Shown piece after piece: positions 10,401 to 17,145 of a DNA stretch of 27,486 nucleotides (within the stretch, counting starts at the first letter, position 1; every line of letters starts with the position of its first letter). Position numbers and translations under genes: made by a program. The notes under the pieces were generated by a model, which worked only from the letters and a program-made list of their open reading frames with translations, was not told the DNA's origin and ran no database searches. Source of the DNA: a virus (taxonomy: Duplodnaviria; Caudoviricetes). The stretch covers positions 1-27,486 of IMG/VR virus record IMGVR_UViG_3300038450_000048; one strand, 5' to 3'.

Positions 10401-13400
10401 ACTGCTTGAAGCCACGCCTACGCCACTGAGACAGCCGACGCCCGAGCCGCAGTTTCATCAGGCGCTTGCTCGTCGGGGCGAAATGCCGGGTCAAACTGTG
10501 AATCTGAGTCCCGCCTACGGTGAGACCGGCGGGTATATTGGCGGGCACATCAAAATGCGACTCGGGGGCGCGACCGAAGAGGAAGACAATCAGCGATACG
10601 CCGAGGCTTTAGGTGTCACGCATGGACCTTCATGGGATGACGTGTTTCCCGCAGAATTGCTCCCCGAAGGAAACTCTCCGGTAAGTGTAGTTGGACACGA
10701 AGATGGACACATCGTTGAAGGCGAACGTGTGGGTTGGCCTATGAAGAATGTTGTCGTGAACAGCGCCTATCACCCGACAACGAGCGGAGGAGCGGCGGCG
10801 TCAACAGATTTTGGTCCTGTTTTCCGAGAACTTCCCGGGGTCACGGAAATTGAACCCGGGCGGTTTAAGTTTTCGGCTCAAGCCCTGAAAGAGAATTGGC
10901 CGAAAGCTGTGCGGGTATATTTGGGGGGGGTGGTTTCCCAAGAAGTGAATTATGGGATTCCGATTAAGGTCACAGAGGGCGGTGCTGGGGCGGGGGATGC
11001 TCAAAACATCGTTCGCTGGGGGAAAGCTATGGGGTTGACCGATGATGAAATCGGTGACCATATGATTAAAACGCTTGCCGAGCTAAGAAAAGACTGGCAA
11101 GACCCGGCAATCAATGCTATAGTGAAGAAGATGGCCGCAGAGCGGGAGGACGGTATCCCGAGAACCGTTCTGCAAACTCAAGAACGAGTTGACGATTTAT
11201 TGAACCAAGTACGAGCAGTGTGGGAGGGACAAAAACATGGCATCACTGAAGGAACTCATGCAGCAGATGGTGGAGTCGTTCCAGCAACTGAGCCCGGCGC
11301 AGCAGGAGGAGGTAAGAAAGTCGCTGCGGAGCCAGTTCAAGGCAGACTCTTCGCCCAAAAAGGCGGAGACACCTCAGGACTCTTCGCCAAAGCAATAAAA
11401 CATTACGGCACGACCGAGGACATTCGCAAGGCAGGATATATCGGGCTTGATGGGACGATGCTGGATTTCTCGGAAGGTCAGGAGGCTCGCACTCTTGACC
11501 ACGGCGATATTGCATCAATCCCCGGCGTGCAGTCCGCTCACAACTCAAATCCACGTTTTGATTTTGTAATGAAAACAGGTGCTATGCGTGTGATTGATGT
11601 TCCGCAGTCTAAATGGCTCGGGGTGATGGTTTCTGCCGAACATCCTCCTACGCATGCCCAATTGGATAGGCTGACGCCCCTTCTAGAAGGTGGTAGAGAT
11701 GTTGAGGTTGACTTAATTCACCCCGATTGGGCTCTACCGGGGGGCGCAAGCGCCAAAGATGTTCACGACATGGATGGACTACAGCGTGTTGTTCGGGACG
11801 CTCAAAAAATGCATGCTGAAGCACAAAGGAGAATAGCAAATGGAAAAGGAACCGAAAACGCGGACAACGGAACAGTTGGGGGAGGATTTGCTGTACACAG
11901 TCAAGCAGATGTCGCCCGAGGAGAAAGCGAAGTTTCGGGAGCGGCTGGACAAAAGTCTCCAGAAGTGGCTGCCGAAGTATCAAAAACCCCAGAAGTAAAA
12001 ACTGCCGAAATCCAGAAACCACCCGAGCCGTGGCACGATCAAGCTGCCAATACTATGGCGAAGGCGGGTGGTTTTACGATTCATCCGACAACGGGCAAGA
12101 CGCCTACAGAGGGCTATGTCGTGGAAATTGGTCCCGAGCAGCGCAAGCCTGAGGCCGGGGCAGAGTGGCCGAAGCCCGCTGGCGAGCCTGCCGGGACATT
12201 TCATCCGAGCCCCCAAGATATGCAGGAATTTCACGGCGAGAATAAGGCGCTGTTTGACAAGCATCCTGAATTGCACATCGGCGGGTATGAGGGGGCGTTG
12301 GAAGTCAGTGGTGTGACCCGAGATAAGCAAGCGGCGATAGACTTAGCTCACAAGCTAGACCAGAAGTCAATCTACGATATCAAAAACAAAAAGGAAATTG
12401 AAATCGGCGGAACTGGCAAGACCCGGCAGTTCCCAGACTACCCGATGGAGCAACGTATCAAGGATTTGGGCGGCGAGACTGGGGGCGTAATTTCAGGTGC
12501 CATGGAAGCCAAGAAGGGCGCGACGACGCCTATCGAATCGCCCACGGTTAGCACCCGCGTGCCGTCGCGCACCGTGAAAGGTGAGACTGTCGAAGACCAC
12601 ACGAACCAGTCGCTCATTTCAGACATGGAAGCCGCGAAGGCTGCACCCGGGTACATCGACAAGATGGTGAATCGTGTTAAAGGTGTCCCCGGATTCGTGA
12701 TGCCCGAAAGCGCGGATGCGCAGACTGCCGCCGATGCATACATTCGGCACGTCGCGGACAACATCAAATTCATGTACCGCAAATTGACGCCTGCGGAGAT
12801 TGCGTACAACGAGCAATGGTACCCAGTCGGCGCTCACGAGCGCGGGCTGGAGGTCGCAAAGACGCACGACATCACTCCGAACCAAGCGTGGGCAGTGACC
12901 TCAGTCGAGTCTCCGATGACGGACTGGAACCAGAACACGGCGCTTGCCGAGCGGACGGTGGATATTTGGAAGAACCAACAGAACACAAAGTTCACACCTG
13001 AGATGCAGAAAGCAGCGGACGAGATTCTCAGTGTCCCCGGGATGGGGAAGTTTGCGCCGCTCTTCAAATCGTTGCGAGGGAAAACGCTCGCAGGGCTGAC
13101 GAGCATGCCAGAGAAACAAGCGTGGTGGTTGCGACTGTACGACGAAGGTCACAATCCTCGGTCATATCAAACGTGGGGACCTGACGGCAAGCCGCTCGGG
13201 CTCGCCAAGAACGTGGACGGGTCTGAAGCCAGCGTAGGCTGGAGTTTTCAGAATCACATTCAGAAAGCGATTTCGATTCTGCGAGACGGCTCTCCCGAGA
13301 ATATCAGCAAGCAACTCGGCTACGGGCACAAGGTTCGCAACTTCTACAACAACCAAGCCGCACCGGACGACCCGCGATTCTTGACGATTGATACGCACGC

Positions 13401-13968
13401 GGTCGCGGCAGGGCAGTTGCGCCCGCTGGCGGGCAAGCACCCCGACGTTGGGTCGAACTTTGGAACCATCAGCAACGGTCCCCATGGACTCAGCGGCACA
13501 TATCCGCTGCACGACGCCGCGTATCGACTCGCAGCGAAAGAACTTGACATTCCCATACCGAGTAGGCTACAATCACCAGTATGGGCGAAGATACGCGAGG
13601 TCTTCACGGACGACTTCAAGACCAAGGAAAATATCAACGCGGTAGATGCAATCTGGAGACAACACAATGACGGAAAAATCACAGCCGACGAAGCCCGAAA
13701 CCAAATCTGGGACTACGCAGCCCGATGGCACGATGAAGTTGCTAGAGGAGTACGGAATCCCGCTGACCAGAGAGAACTATTTACTGCTGGCGTTCGGGGG
13801 GAACCCGCCGAAGGAGCCGCTGGACGGGGAGATCGAGGCGGAACTCCCGTGGTCGATCAGACACCTGAGACCCCTGAAGTAAGCATCTTCGCCAAGCCTG
13901 CTCCAAAAGCCAAGGGTAATATCTCGCTGGAATTCCTCAAGGGCGGTCTCAAGAAACTCGGCAAATAA
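7489..13968 (+). CDS. Giant polyvalent protein (2159 aa): GNAT, radical SAM, M41-like zincin, unknown domain, SAM-lyase-like domain, glycosylase-like domain
   Basis: QRKGIA GNAT motif near 8640; CLHKCAFC at 9742-9765 with LGIES and IGYPGET; HEDGH at 10696 with LGG..SQE and GAGD; GGYEGALEVS...LDQKSIY near 12280-12375; WY, SP, KVRNF, IDTH, Q..VW motifs at 12800-13600; Pro/Ala/Glu-rich linkers between domains. Confidence 0.8.
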   Translation: MATDTATPTISAPPAPPEDQLGAGGTPSIQTAPPATIPDENTSTLIWHHIINKSQKSPAAEKEYNDHAAATEKENADKEALYRDNPAEFKKQNPYEYIYRKTYDYVKDSVEAEPKRALAPGMAKQPVSLGKLGTTTPEKAIDDLTTNGLQDLSLGALSQPGGKPTMMAQPIPLMGRLGEVEPAETGGGLGPVKPVEGPETGFEMSREHVRTLKDLGYSNQAITHFNAGEVQDIIANKTPAPPEAAPAAETKPTAAAEKKPAGKEAVAAPEGAEISPHVTFKTVGGKEVEAPQGIERRDYTTRPFPSGQLTRVGRMADTTFNIIRQHEAEAQGGTVQQPTIKTEGPDWEHLQSAYVGGKKIGSLGYKTDVEGNARIYGAQVTPEMQRKGIATKMYLSAFDKARADGVLSISSDPTHVSPAATGVWRNLQASGLPIENITHPNGTPGFRLNLQPPETPATKNLPDWLKKDPLTTNETHATSVPLIPSPEGTAVGRVDKPDVPVAALSDSMAKVGGKMVAPPTPPKPTVNPETAPIAAVPMPKLERTQIQGGASTQPYPTYHEASNDQTNPWVRRSVDPANSASPTNENRLLMVQFASDLINGGLKTETKDEASQYYDKLYSGFRPGYARMQDFWEIPQWHGFVARNFPDADVYVVRDMEQAKKFLNDAKYGRVTFSALDVNKHLIRDLASNYSGHVDVGGYVAPETFSDLPNVKWHDSMESLTKDAGVEYKGGADYRHYAGSDVIPRLTMSKGCLHKCAFCTVEKQLVMPPKEDIEQQADAIAQLGSKLVYLNDKTFGQAKNYQDLAELNTRMKEKNPNFQGFVVQTTAAQMGKIPADWLAKSGIKYVELGIESYNDPILKSMHKPATENIINKAVDKLRQNNITLIPNILIGYPGETAETYANTLKFLQDNRDIISHANIYNLALYENTELGKSMTTASPDDFNENVLEKSFHKDPALHQQFAGDLYGAASKLLEATPTPLRQPTPEPQFHQALARRGEMPGQTVNLSPAYGETGGYIGGHIKMRLGGATEEEDNQRYAEALGVTHGPSWDDVFPAELLPEGNSPVSVVGHEDGHIVEGERVGWPMKNVVVNSAYHPTTSGGAAASTDFGPVFRELPGVTEIEPGRFKFSAQALKENWPKAVRVYLGGVVSQEVNYGIPIKVTEGGAGAGDAQNIVRWGKAMGLTDDEIGDHMIKTLAELRKDWQDPAINAIVKKMAAEREDGIPRTVLQTQERVDDLLNQVRAVWEGQKHGITEGTHAADGGVVPATEPGAAGGGKKVAAEPVQGRLFAQKGGDTSGLFAKAIKHYGTTEDIRKAGYIGLDGTMLDFSEGQEARTLDHGDIASIPGVQSAHNSNPRFDFVMKTGAMRVIDVPQSKWLGVMVSAEHPPTHAQLDRLTPLLEGGRDVEVDLIHPDWALPGGASAKDVHDMDGLQRVVRDAQKMHAEAQRRIANGKGTENADNGTVGGGFAVHSQADVARGESEVSGAAGQKSPEVAAEVSKTPEVKTAEIQKPPEPWHDQAANTMAKAGGFTIHPTTGKTPTEGYVVEIGPEQRKPEAGAEWPKPAGEPAGTFHPSPQDMQEFHGENKALFDKHPELHIGGYEGALEVSGVTRDKQAAIDLAHKLDQKSIYDIKNKKEIEIGGTGKTRQFPDYPMEQRIKDLGGETGGVISGAMEAKKGATTPIESPTVSTRVPSRTVKGETVEDHTNQSLISDMEAAKAAPGYIDKMVNRVKGVPGFVMPESADAQTAADAYIRHVADNIKFMYRKLTPAEIAYNEQWYPVGAHERGLEVAKTHDITPNQAWAVTSVESPMTDWNQNTALAERTVDIWKNQQNTKFTPEMQKAADEILSVPGMGKFAPLFKSLRGKTLAGLTSMPEKQAWWLRLYDEGHNPRSYQTWGPDGKPLGLAKNVDGSEASVGWSFQNHIQKAISILRDGSPENISKQLGYGHKVRNFYNNQAAPDDPRFLTIDTHAVAAGQLRPLAGKHPDVGSNFGTISNGPHGLSGTYPLHDAAYRLAAKELDIPIPSRLQSPVWAKIREVFTDDFKTKENINAVDAIWRQHNDGKITADEARNQIWDYAARWHDEVARGVRNPADQRELFTAGVRGEPAEGAAGRGDRGGTPVVDQTPETPEVSIFAKPAPKAKGNISLEFLKGGLKKLGK
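11237..11398 (+). CDS. Nested small protein 1 (53 aa, MASLKELMQQMVESFQQLSPAQQEEVRKSL...), +1 frame inside the giant gene
   Basis: GGAGGG Shine-Dalgarno 8 nt before ATG; amphipathic helical sequence; below the ORF-track length cutoff, translated by hand. Confidence 0.65.
   Translation: MASLKELMQQMVESFQQLSPAQQEEVRKSLRSQFKADSSPKKAETPQDSSPKQ
11840..11998 (+). CDS. Nested small protein 2 (52 aa, MEKEPKTRTTEQLGEDLLYTVKQMSPEEKAKFRERL...), +1 frame inside the giant gene
   Basis: AAGGAG Shine-Dalgarno 8 nt before ATG; resembles nested protein 1; translated by hand. Confidence 0.7.
   Translation: MEKEPKTRTTEQLGEDLLYTVKQMSPEEKAKFRERLDKSLQKWLPKYQKPQK
13667..13882 (+). CDS. Nested small protein 3 (71 aa, ...MKLLEEYGIPLTRENYLLLAFGGNPPKEPLDGEIEAELP...), +1 frame inside the giant gene
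   Basis: GGAG Shine-Dalgarno 8 nt before ATG 13667; globular acidic sequence while the main frame becomes an R/G-rich linker. Confidence 0.65.
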   Translation: MTEKSQPTKPETKSGTTQPDGTMKLLEEYGIPLTRENYLLLAFGGNPPKEPLDGEIEAELPWSIRHLRPLK

Positions 13969-13992
13969 GAAAGGGAGCCTTTGCAGGCTCCC
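13963..13992 (-). terminator. Terminator between convergent genes
   Basis: GGGAGCCT-TTGC-AGGCTCCC perfect stem; U-rich tract (TTTCTTATTT) follows on the minus strand. Confidence 0.75.
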
Positions 13993-14013
13993 CGTCCCAG
14001 ACACTGCGGAATG

Positions 14014-15018
14014 TTACTTGGTGATGGTGTCGTTTGTGACCACACACTTGCACGGTGGTTTGCGATACGGCATCTTCCGGGCGGCGGCTGCCACGCTAGG
14101 CGCGGGCGGGACAACCGGCGCAGGAATCACCGTCACTGGAATATTCACCGTGACATCAGGCACTGAGAGTTGCAATTGCGGTTCGGGGACTGGTGCAGGA
14201 GTAGGAACCACGACGGGAACCGCCTGAGGTAGACAGTCATCCATCGTGACGCCCGCTGCCTTCACGTACTTGTTTGTGAGATACACCTTGCATCGGGCGG
14301 TGACGCTCGGCGCTAGGCGTGCGGCTTCAAGAATGGCGCAATTCTCGTCAATCTTGCCGCCGCCGAATGAAAACCCAAATGCCGTTCCCGAACCGCCGCC
14401 GCTATAGCCTTTGAAGCACGGCGTTGTCGGAAGTACGGTCGGAGCCATCGCAGGCGGTGCTTGTCTCGGGATATTCTCGGTATAGGTTGCATTGTTAGAC
14501 CCATTTGCTGACGCCGAGGAGTTGCCCGAGTTGTTCACTGACTGCGTCTGCGTTTGCTTTTGGTTTCCGCCGTTGGCGGTAGCGGAACCTCCTGTACCTC
14601 CCATTGCAGTGTTGCTTGAGGTGACAGTAGAATTCCCCGCATTGGAAACCGTAGCATAACCGTTACCACCTGTTGCGTTCCCTCCTGTGGCGGTAGACTG
14701 AGAGGATGCCCGCCCACCAGTCGCCGAAGAGTTCGCACTAGATTGCGAAGCCGCTTGGCTGGTACTGGACGACTGCGAGTTTGCATTTGAATTTCCTCCT
14801 GTGGTCGGGGGAGCGGGTGGAGTTACAGGAACGACTTCGCACTCGTACACCTGACCGTTGTAGTTTGCAAGCTGTCCGTCACCATCACCAAAAGTTCCGG
14901 TGGTGGTTGAAGGCACGAGAACCCGCTCGGCGAGGGGGTCACTGCAATTCCACGCCTTCGCAGGCACTGCACTGCACAGCAGAAACAAAAACACGAAGAA
15001 CCACGGCTTCTTGGTCAT
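14014..15018 (-). CDS. Exported low-complexity (Ser/Gly/Asn/Thr) protein with a Cys-containing C-terminal domain
   Basis: Signal peptide MTKKPWFFVFLFLLCSAVPAKA; AMAP...C..G.SGG...GFSFGGGKIDENC block; RBS GAGGAG upstream. Confidence 0.7.
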   Translation of the reverse strand: MTKKPWFFVFLFLLCSAVPAKAWNCSDPLAERVLVPSTTTGTFGDGDGQLANYNGQVYECEVVPVTPPAPPTTGGNSNANSQSSSTSQAASQSSANSSATGGRASSQSTATGGNATGGNGYATVSNAGNSTVTSSNTAMGGTGGSATANGGNQKQTQTQSVNNSGNSSASANGSNNATYTENIPRQAPPAMAPTVLPTTPCFKGYSGGGSGTAFGFSFGGGKIDENCAILEAARLAPSVTARCKVYLTNKYVKAAGVTMDDCLPQAVPVVVPTPAPVPEPQLQLSVPDVTVNIPVTVIPAPVVPPAPSVAAAARKMPYRKPPCKCVVTNDTITK

Positions 15019-15051
15019 TCACACTTCTCCTCGTCGGGGTTGCCGACACTT

Positions 15052-15240
15052 CTATGCTCGCTGCGTACGTTGTGCGAGCAATCTGATTTGCCGGTCCAGC
15101 ATAATCCACTGGATTCGCTCGGTGAGCGTCGGCTGACTGACGTAGGCGGGAGCGGGCGGCACAGATAGGGCTGGCTGCTCGGTTTCGCCTAACTCTTCGG
15201 CTACTTCTGGACTAAAACAACTGGAGTAGTTTCGCTGCAT
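15052..15240 (-). CDS. Small hypothetical protein (MQRNYSSCFSPEVAEEL...)
   Basis: AGGAGG RBS before the ATG at 15240; same-strand run with its neighbours. Confidence 0.55.
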   Translation of the reverse strand: MQRNYSSCFSPEVAEELGETEQPALSVPPAPAYVSQPTLTERIQWIMLDRQIRLLAQRTQRA

Positions 15241-15428
15241 GGTGCCTCCTGTCGCGGTTGCGCTGCCTGAGAAAGGGAATCGGCGTGAAACTGAGCCTGA
15301 CGGTCCACAAGTTCGGAGTCCGTCATATTCGCAAGGACACGACGAAATGTCGGGTTGCTGTGGCGTCCAAGCAGACGGGCTCGGATGGTGCCTGCCATGA
15401 TTCGGACTTTCATTTCTTTTCCGCTCAT
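15201..15428 (-). CDS. Small hypothetical protein
   Basis: AGGAGGA RBS upstream; first gene of the leftward unit. Confidence 0.6.
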   Translation of the reverse strand: MSGKEMKVRIMAGTIRARLLGRHSNPTFRRVLANMTDSELVDRQAQFHADSLSQAAQPRQEAPCSETTPVVLVQK

Positions 15429-15480
15429 CGGTAATTCCTCCTGACGACATAATTACAAAGGATGCCCCCGGCTGTCCATA

Positions 15481-15492
15481 GTACTTTCGTAC
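15481..15492. promoter_or_regulatory. Palindromic operator GTAC-N4-GTAC between divergent promoters
   Basis: GTACTTTCGTAC; the same motif occurs at 16182, 16993 and 24649. Confidence 0.65.
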
Positions 15493-15503
15493 TAATTTGG
15501 GGC

Positions 15504-15533
15504 TTGACTTTTGGCGGCGGCGGGGTGTACACT
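15504..15533 (+). promoter_or_regulatory. Sigma70-type promoter, probably giving a leaderless mRNA
   Basis: TTGACT-N18-TACACT with TG extension; ATG at 15540, 6 nt downstream. Confidence 0.6.
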
Positions 15534-15539
15534 CTCAGC

Positions 15540-15857
15540 ATGACGCCCATGACGCCAGATCAATTCTTGATGTGTGTTGAGTTGATTTTGCTTGGGGTGA
15601 TTGTGTGGCAGGGGGAATTGATTCGGCGGTACGAGAAGTGGACCTACGAAATGAACCGGGAACGCTGGGATGAGAGGGCAAAATGGCGCGAAGCAAAAAG
15701 GCAACAACAGTTGAAGAAAGACAGCACAATACCGACCTCCGAATCCAACGCAAATTCGGCATCACCCTCGCCGACCGAGAGCAGCGAGCCAAAGACCAAG
15801 AAGGCCAGTGCAAAATCTGCGGGGGTCCCCTTGACGCCTACGGACCTCCCAACGTAG
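15540..15857 (+). CDS. Small single-pass membrane protein (holin-like?)
   Basis: Hydrophobic FLMCVELILLGVIVW followed by a charged helix. Confidence 0.5.
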   Translation: MTPMTPDQFLMCVELILLGVIVWQGELIRRYEKWTYEMNRERWDERAKWREAKRQQQLKKDSTIPTSESNANSASPSPTESSEPKTKKASAKSAGVPLTPTDLPT

Positions 15858-16171
15858 ACCATTTTCATTTCCACGTAAGGGCGTACCGGACGATGCCCGG
15901 CGGATGGGCCCGCTTCGCGCTGGCGGGAAAGTGGAGTGCCTACGGGTACGACGAGGCAGGGCAGGTAAAATGTACACGAGTGGCGGCTACAAAAGCGGCG
16001 GCTGTGTCCGCTGTGACACAGGCGATGATGCCGTGGTCAATTCGGGGGCTTCTCTGCTTCAAATGTAATAGAGGACTAGGCTACGTTGAGCGATTCTTCA
16101 ACGCCGCGTCTCATCCTGAGAATCTCCTGCCGGTCGTCGCATACCTCCGAGCGAGGCTTGAAAAGGCTTGA
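15683..16171 (+). CDS. Endonuclease VII-like protein with an internal insertion
   Basis: KFGITL...QEGQCKICG...NVDHFH...IRGLLCFKCNRGLG; about 50 extra aa between DH and RGLLC. Confidence 0.8.
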   Translation: MARSKKATTVEERQHNTDLRIQRKFGITLADREQRAKDQEGQCKICGGPLDAYGPPNVDHFHFHVRAYRTMPGGWARFALAGKWSAYGYDEAGQVKCTRVAATKAAAVSAVTQAMMPWSIRGLLCFKCNRGLGYVERFFNAASHPENLLPVVAYLRARLEKA

Positions 16172-16196
16172 CATCTGACCCGTACTTTGGTACTAT
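16168..16196 (+). promoter_or_regulatory. Sigma70 promoter overlapped by a GTAC-N4-GTAC operator (16182-16193)
   Basis: TTGACA-N17-TACTAT. Confidence 0.8.
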
Positions 16197-16212
16197 ATCC
16201 GAGTGAGGTTCT

Positions 16213-16977
16213 ATGACCGACACTGCAACACCAACGAAACCCGTTTCAGAAATCACCAAAATCTCTAATGATATAACGTGGATTAAGGCGCACATTCTTG
16301 TAGCGCTGCTCGCCATCGCTTTGATTGCTGGCAGCATCATCGGCGGCGTTGCCTTGTTCCAGAGTCTGATTGAGAAGCACGACGCTCGGGTCGCAGCGGC
16401 TCAGCTTGCGAAAGAGGGCGTAGACACGGCAACTCAGGCGGCTCTTGTCGCCGAGTTGGCGAAGGAACATTCGGACGACGTTGCCCGCGATGCCACCCAG
16501 ACGGCGCTTATCACTAATCTGATTGCTCAGATGGCGGCAGAGCGTGCGGCGACCGCGAAACAAGTCACCACGGACGCGACACTCAACGCTCAAGCGGCGG
16601 CGGCACGGCTTTTGGAGCAAACACACGCCGACGCCAGCGAATTGACTGTAAACGGCGATGCTGTTACGATGACGCTACCGATGACTCGCACGGTTGTCGC
16701 TGATATGGACCTCTATGCGCAGGCTCAGTCGGACGTGACGAATCTCACGGGGCAATTGGCGGCGCAAACGGTTCTCACGACCGACGCAAATACCGAGTTG
16801 GCGACGGCGAATAAGGTGATTGCGGCAGACAAGGACGAACTGGTTCAGGCGGTGAAAGCGGATGATGCCGCGTGCAACGTGCGGGTTGATGCTGAAGCCG
16901 CGAAGGGTCGCAAGCGCACCTTTTGGGGCACTATCGGTGGCGTAATCGCTGGTCTATTCCTCGGAGGCAAGATTTAA
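16213..16977 (+). CDS. Membrane-anchored coiled-coil protein (possibly spanin-like)
   Basis: N-terminal TM helix, long Ala/Thr/Gln coiled coil and a C-terminal hydrophobic Gly-rich helix. Confidence 0.55.
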   Translation: MTDTATPTKPVSEITKISNDITWIKAHILVALLAIALIAGSIIGGVALFQSLIEKHDARVAAAQLAKEGVDTATQAALVAELAKEHSDDVARDATQTALITNLIAQMAAERAATAKQVTTDATLNAQAAAARLLEQTHADASELTVNGDAVTMTLPMTRTVVADMDLYAQAQSDVTNLTGQLAAQTVLTTDANTELATANKVIAADKDELVQAVKADDAACNVRVDAEAAKGRKRTFWGTIGGVIAGLFLGGKI

Positions 16978-16978
16978 C

Positions 16979-17007
16979 TTGACACGGCGATTGTACTCGT
17001 GTACTAT
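16979..17007 (+). promoter_or_regulatory. Sigma70 promoter driving GGC-NN array 1, overlapped by a GTAC-N4-GTAC operator (16993-17004)
   Basis: TTGACA-N17-TACTAT; predicted start near 17014, just before the array. Confidence 0.85.
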
Positions 17008-17018
17008 GGATTTTGCTG

Positions 17019-17078
17019 GGCAGGGCGCGGCAAGGCAAGGCTTGGCATGGCAGGGCTAGGCGAGGCAAGGCAAGGCTA
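17019..17078 (+). repeat. GGC-NN pentamer array 1 (12 units); putative guide ncRNA
   Basis: Invariant GGC every 5 nt; NN = AG GC AA AA TT AT AG TA GA AA AA TA. Confidence 0.9.
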
Positions 17079-17091
17079 GATTTTTCTGAAG

Positions 17092-17135
17092 GCGAACACC
17101 GAACTTAGGCTCGACCAAAAAGTTCAAACGTTCGC
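17092..17135 (+). other. Stem-loop between array 1 and the RAMP-like gene
   Basis: GCGAAC/GTTCGC and GAACTT/AAGTTC nested inverted repeats ending right at the GGAGA RBS. Confidence 0.6.
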
Positions 17136-17145
17136 GGAGAAAAAC

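Noticed and set aside
7682-13645. Other alternative-frame ORFs in the giant gene (7682, 8420, 9284, 12068, 12816, 13388)
   Set aside because: No convincing SD-ATG, Arg/Ser-rich shadow composition, and most overlap conserved main-frame domains, unlike the three accepted nested genes.
17002-17016. Reverse complement of the concatenated array-1 dinucleotides (..CTACTATAATTTTGCC..) resembles its own promoter (GTACTATGGATTTTGCT)
   Set aside because: It needs a gap plus mismatches in AT-rich sequence and assumes ungapped pairing. It could be chance, so it is not claimed as self-targeting.
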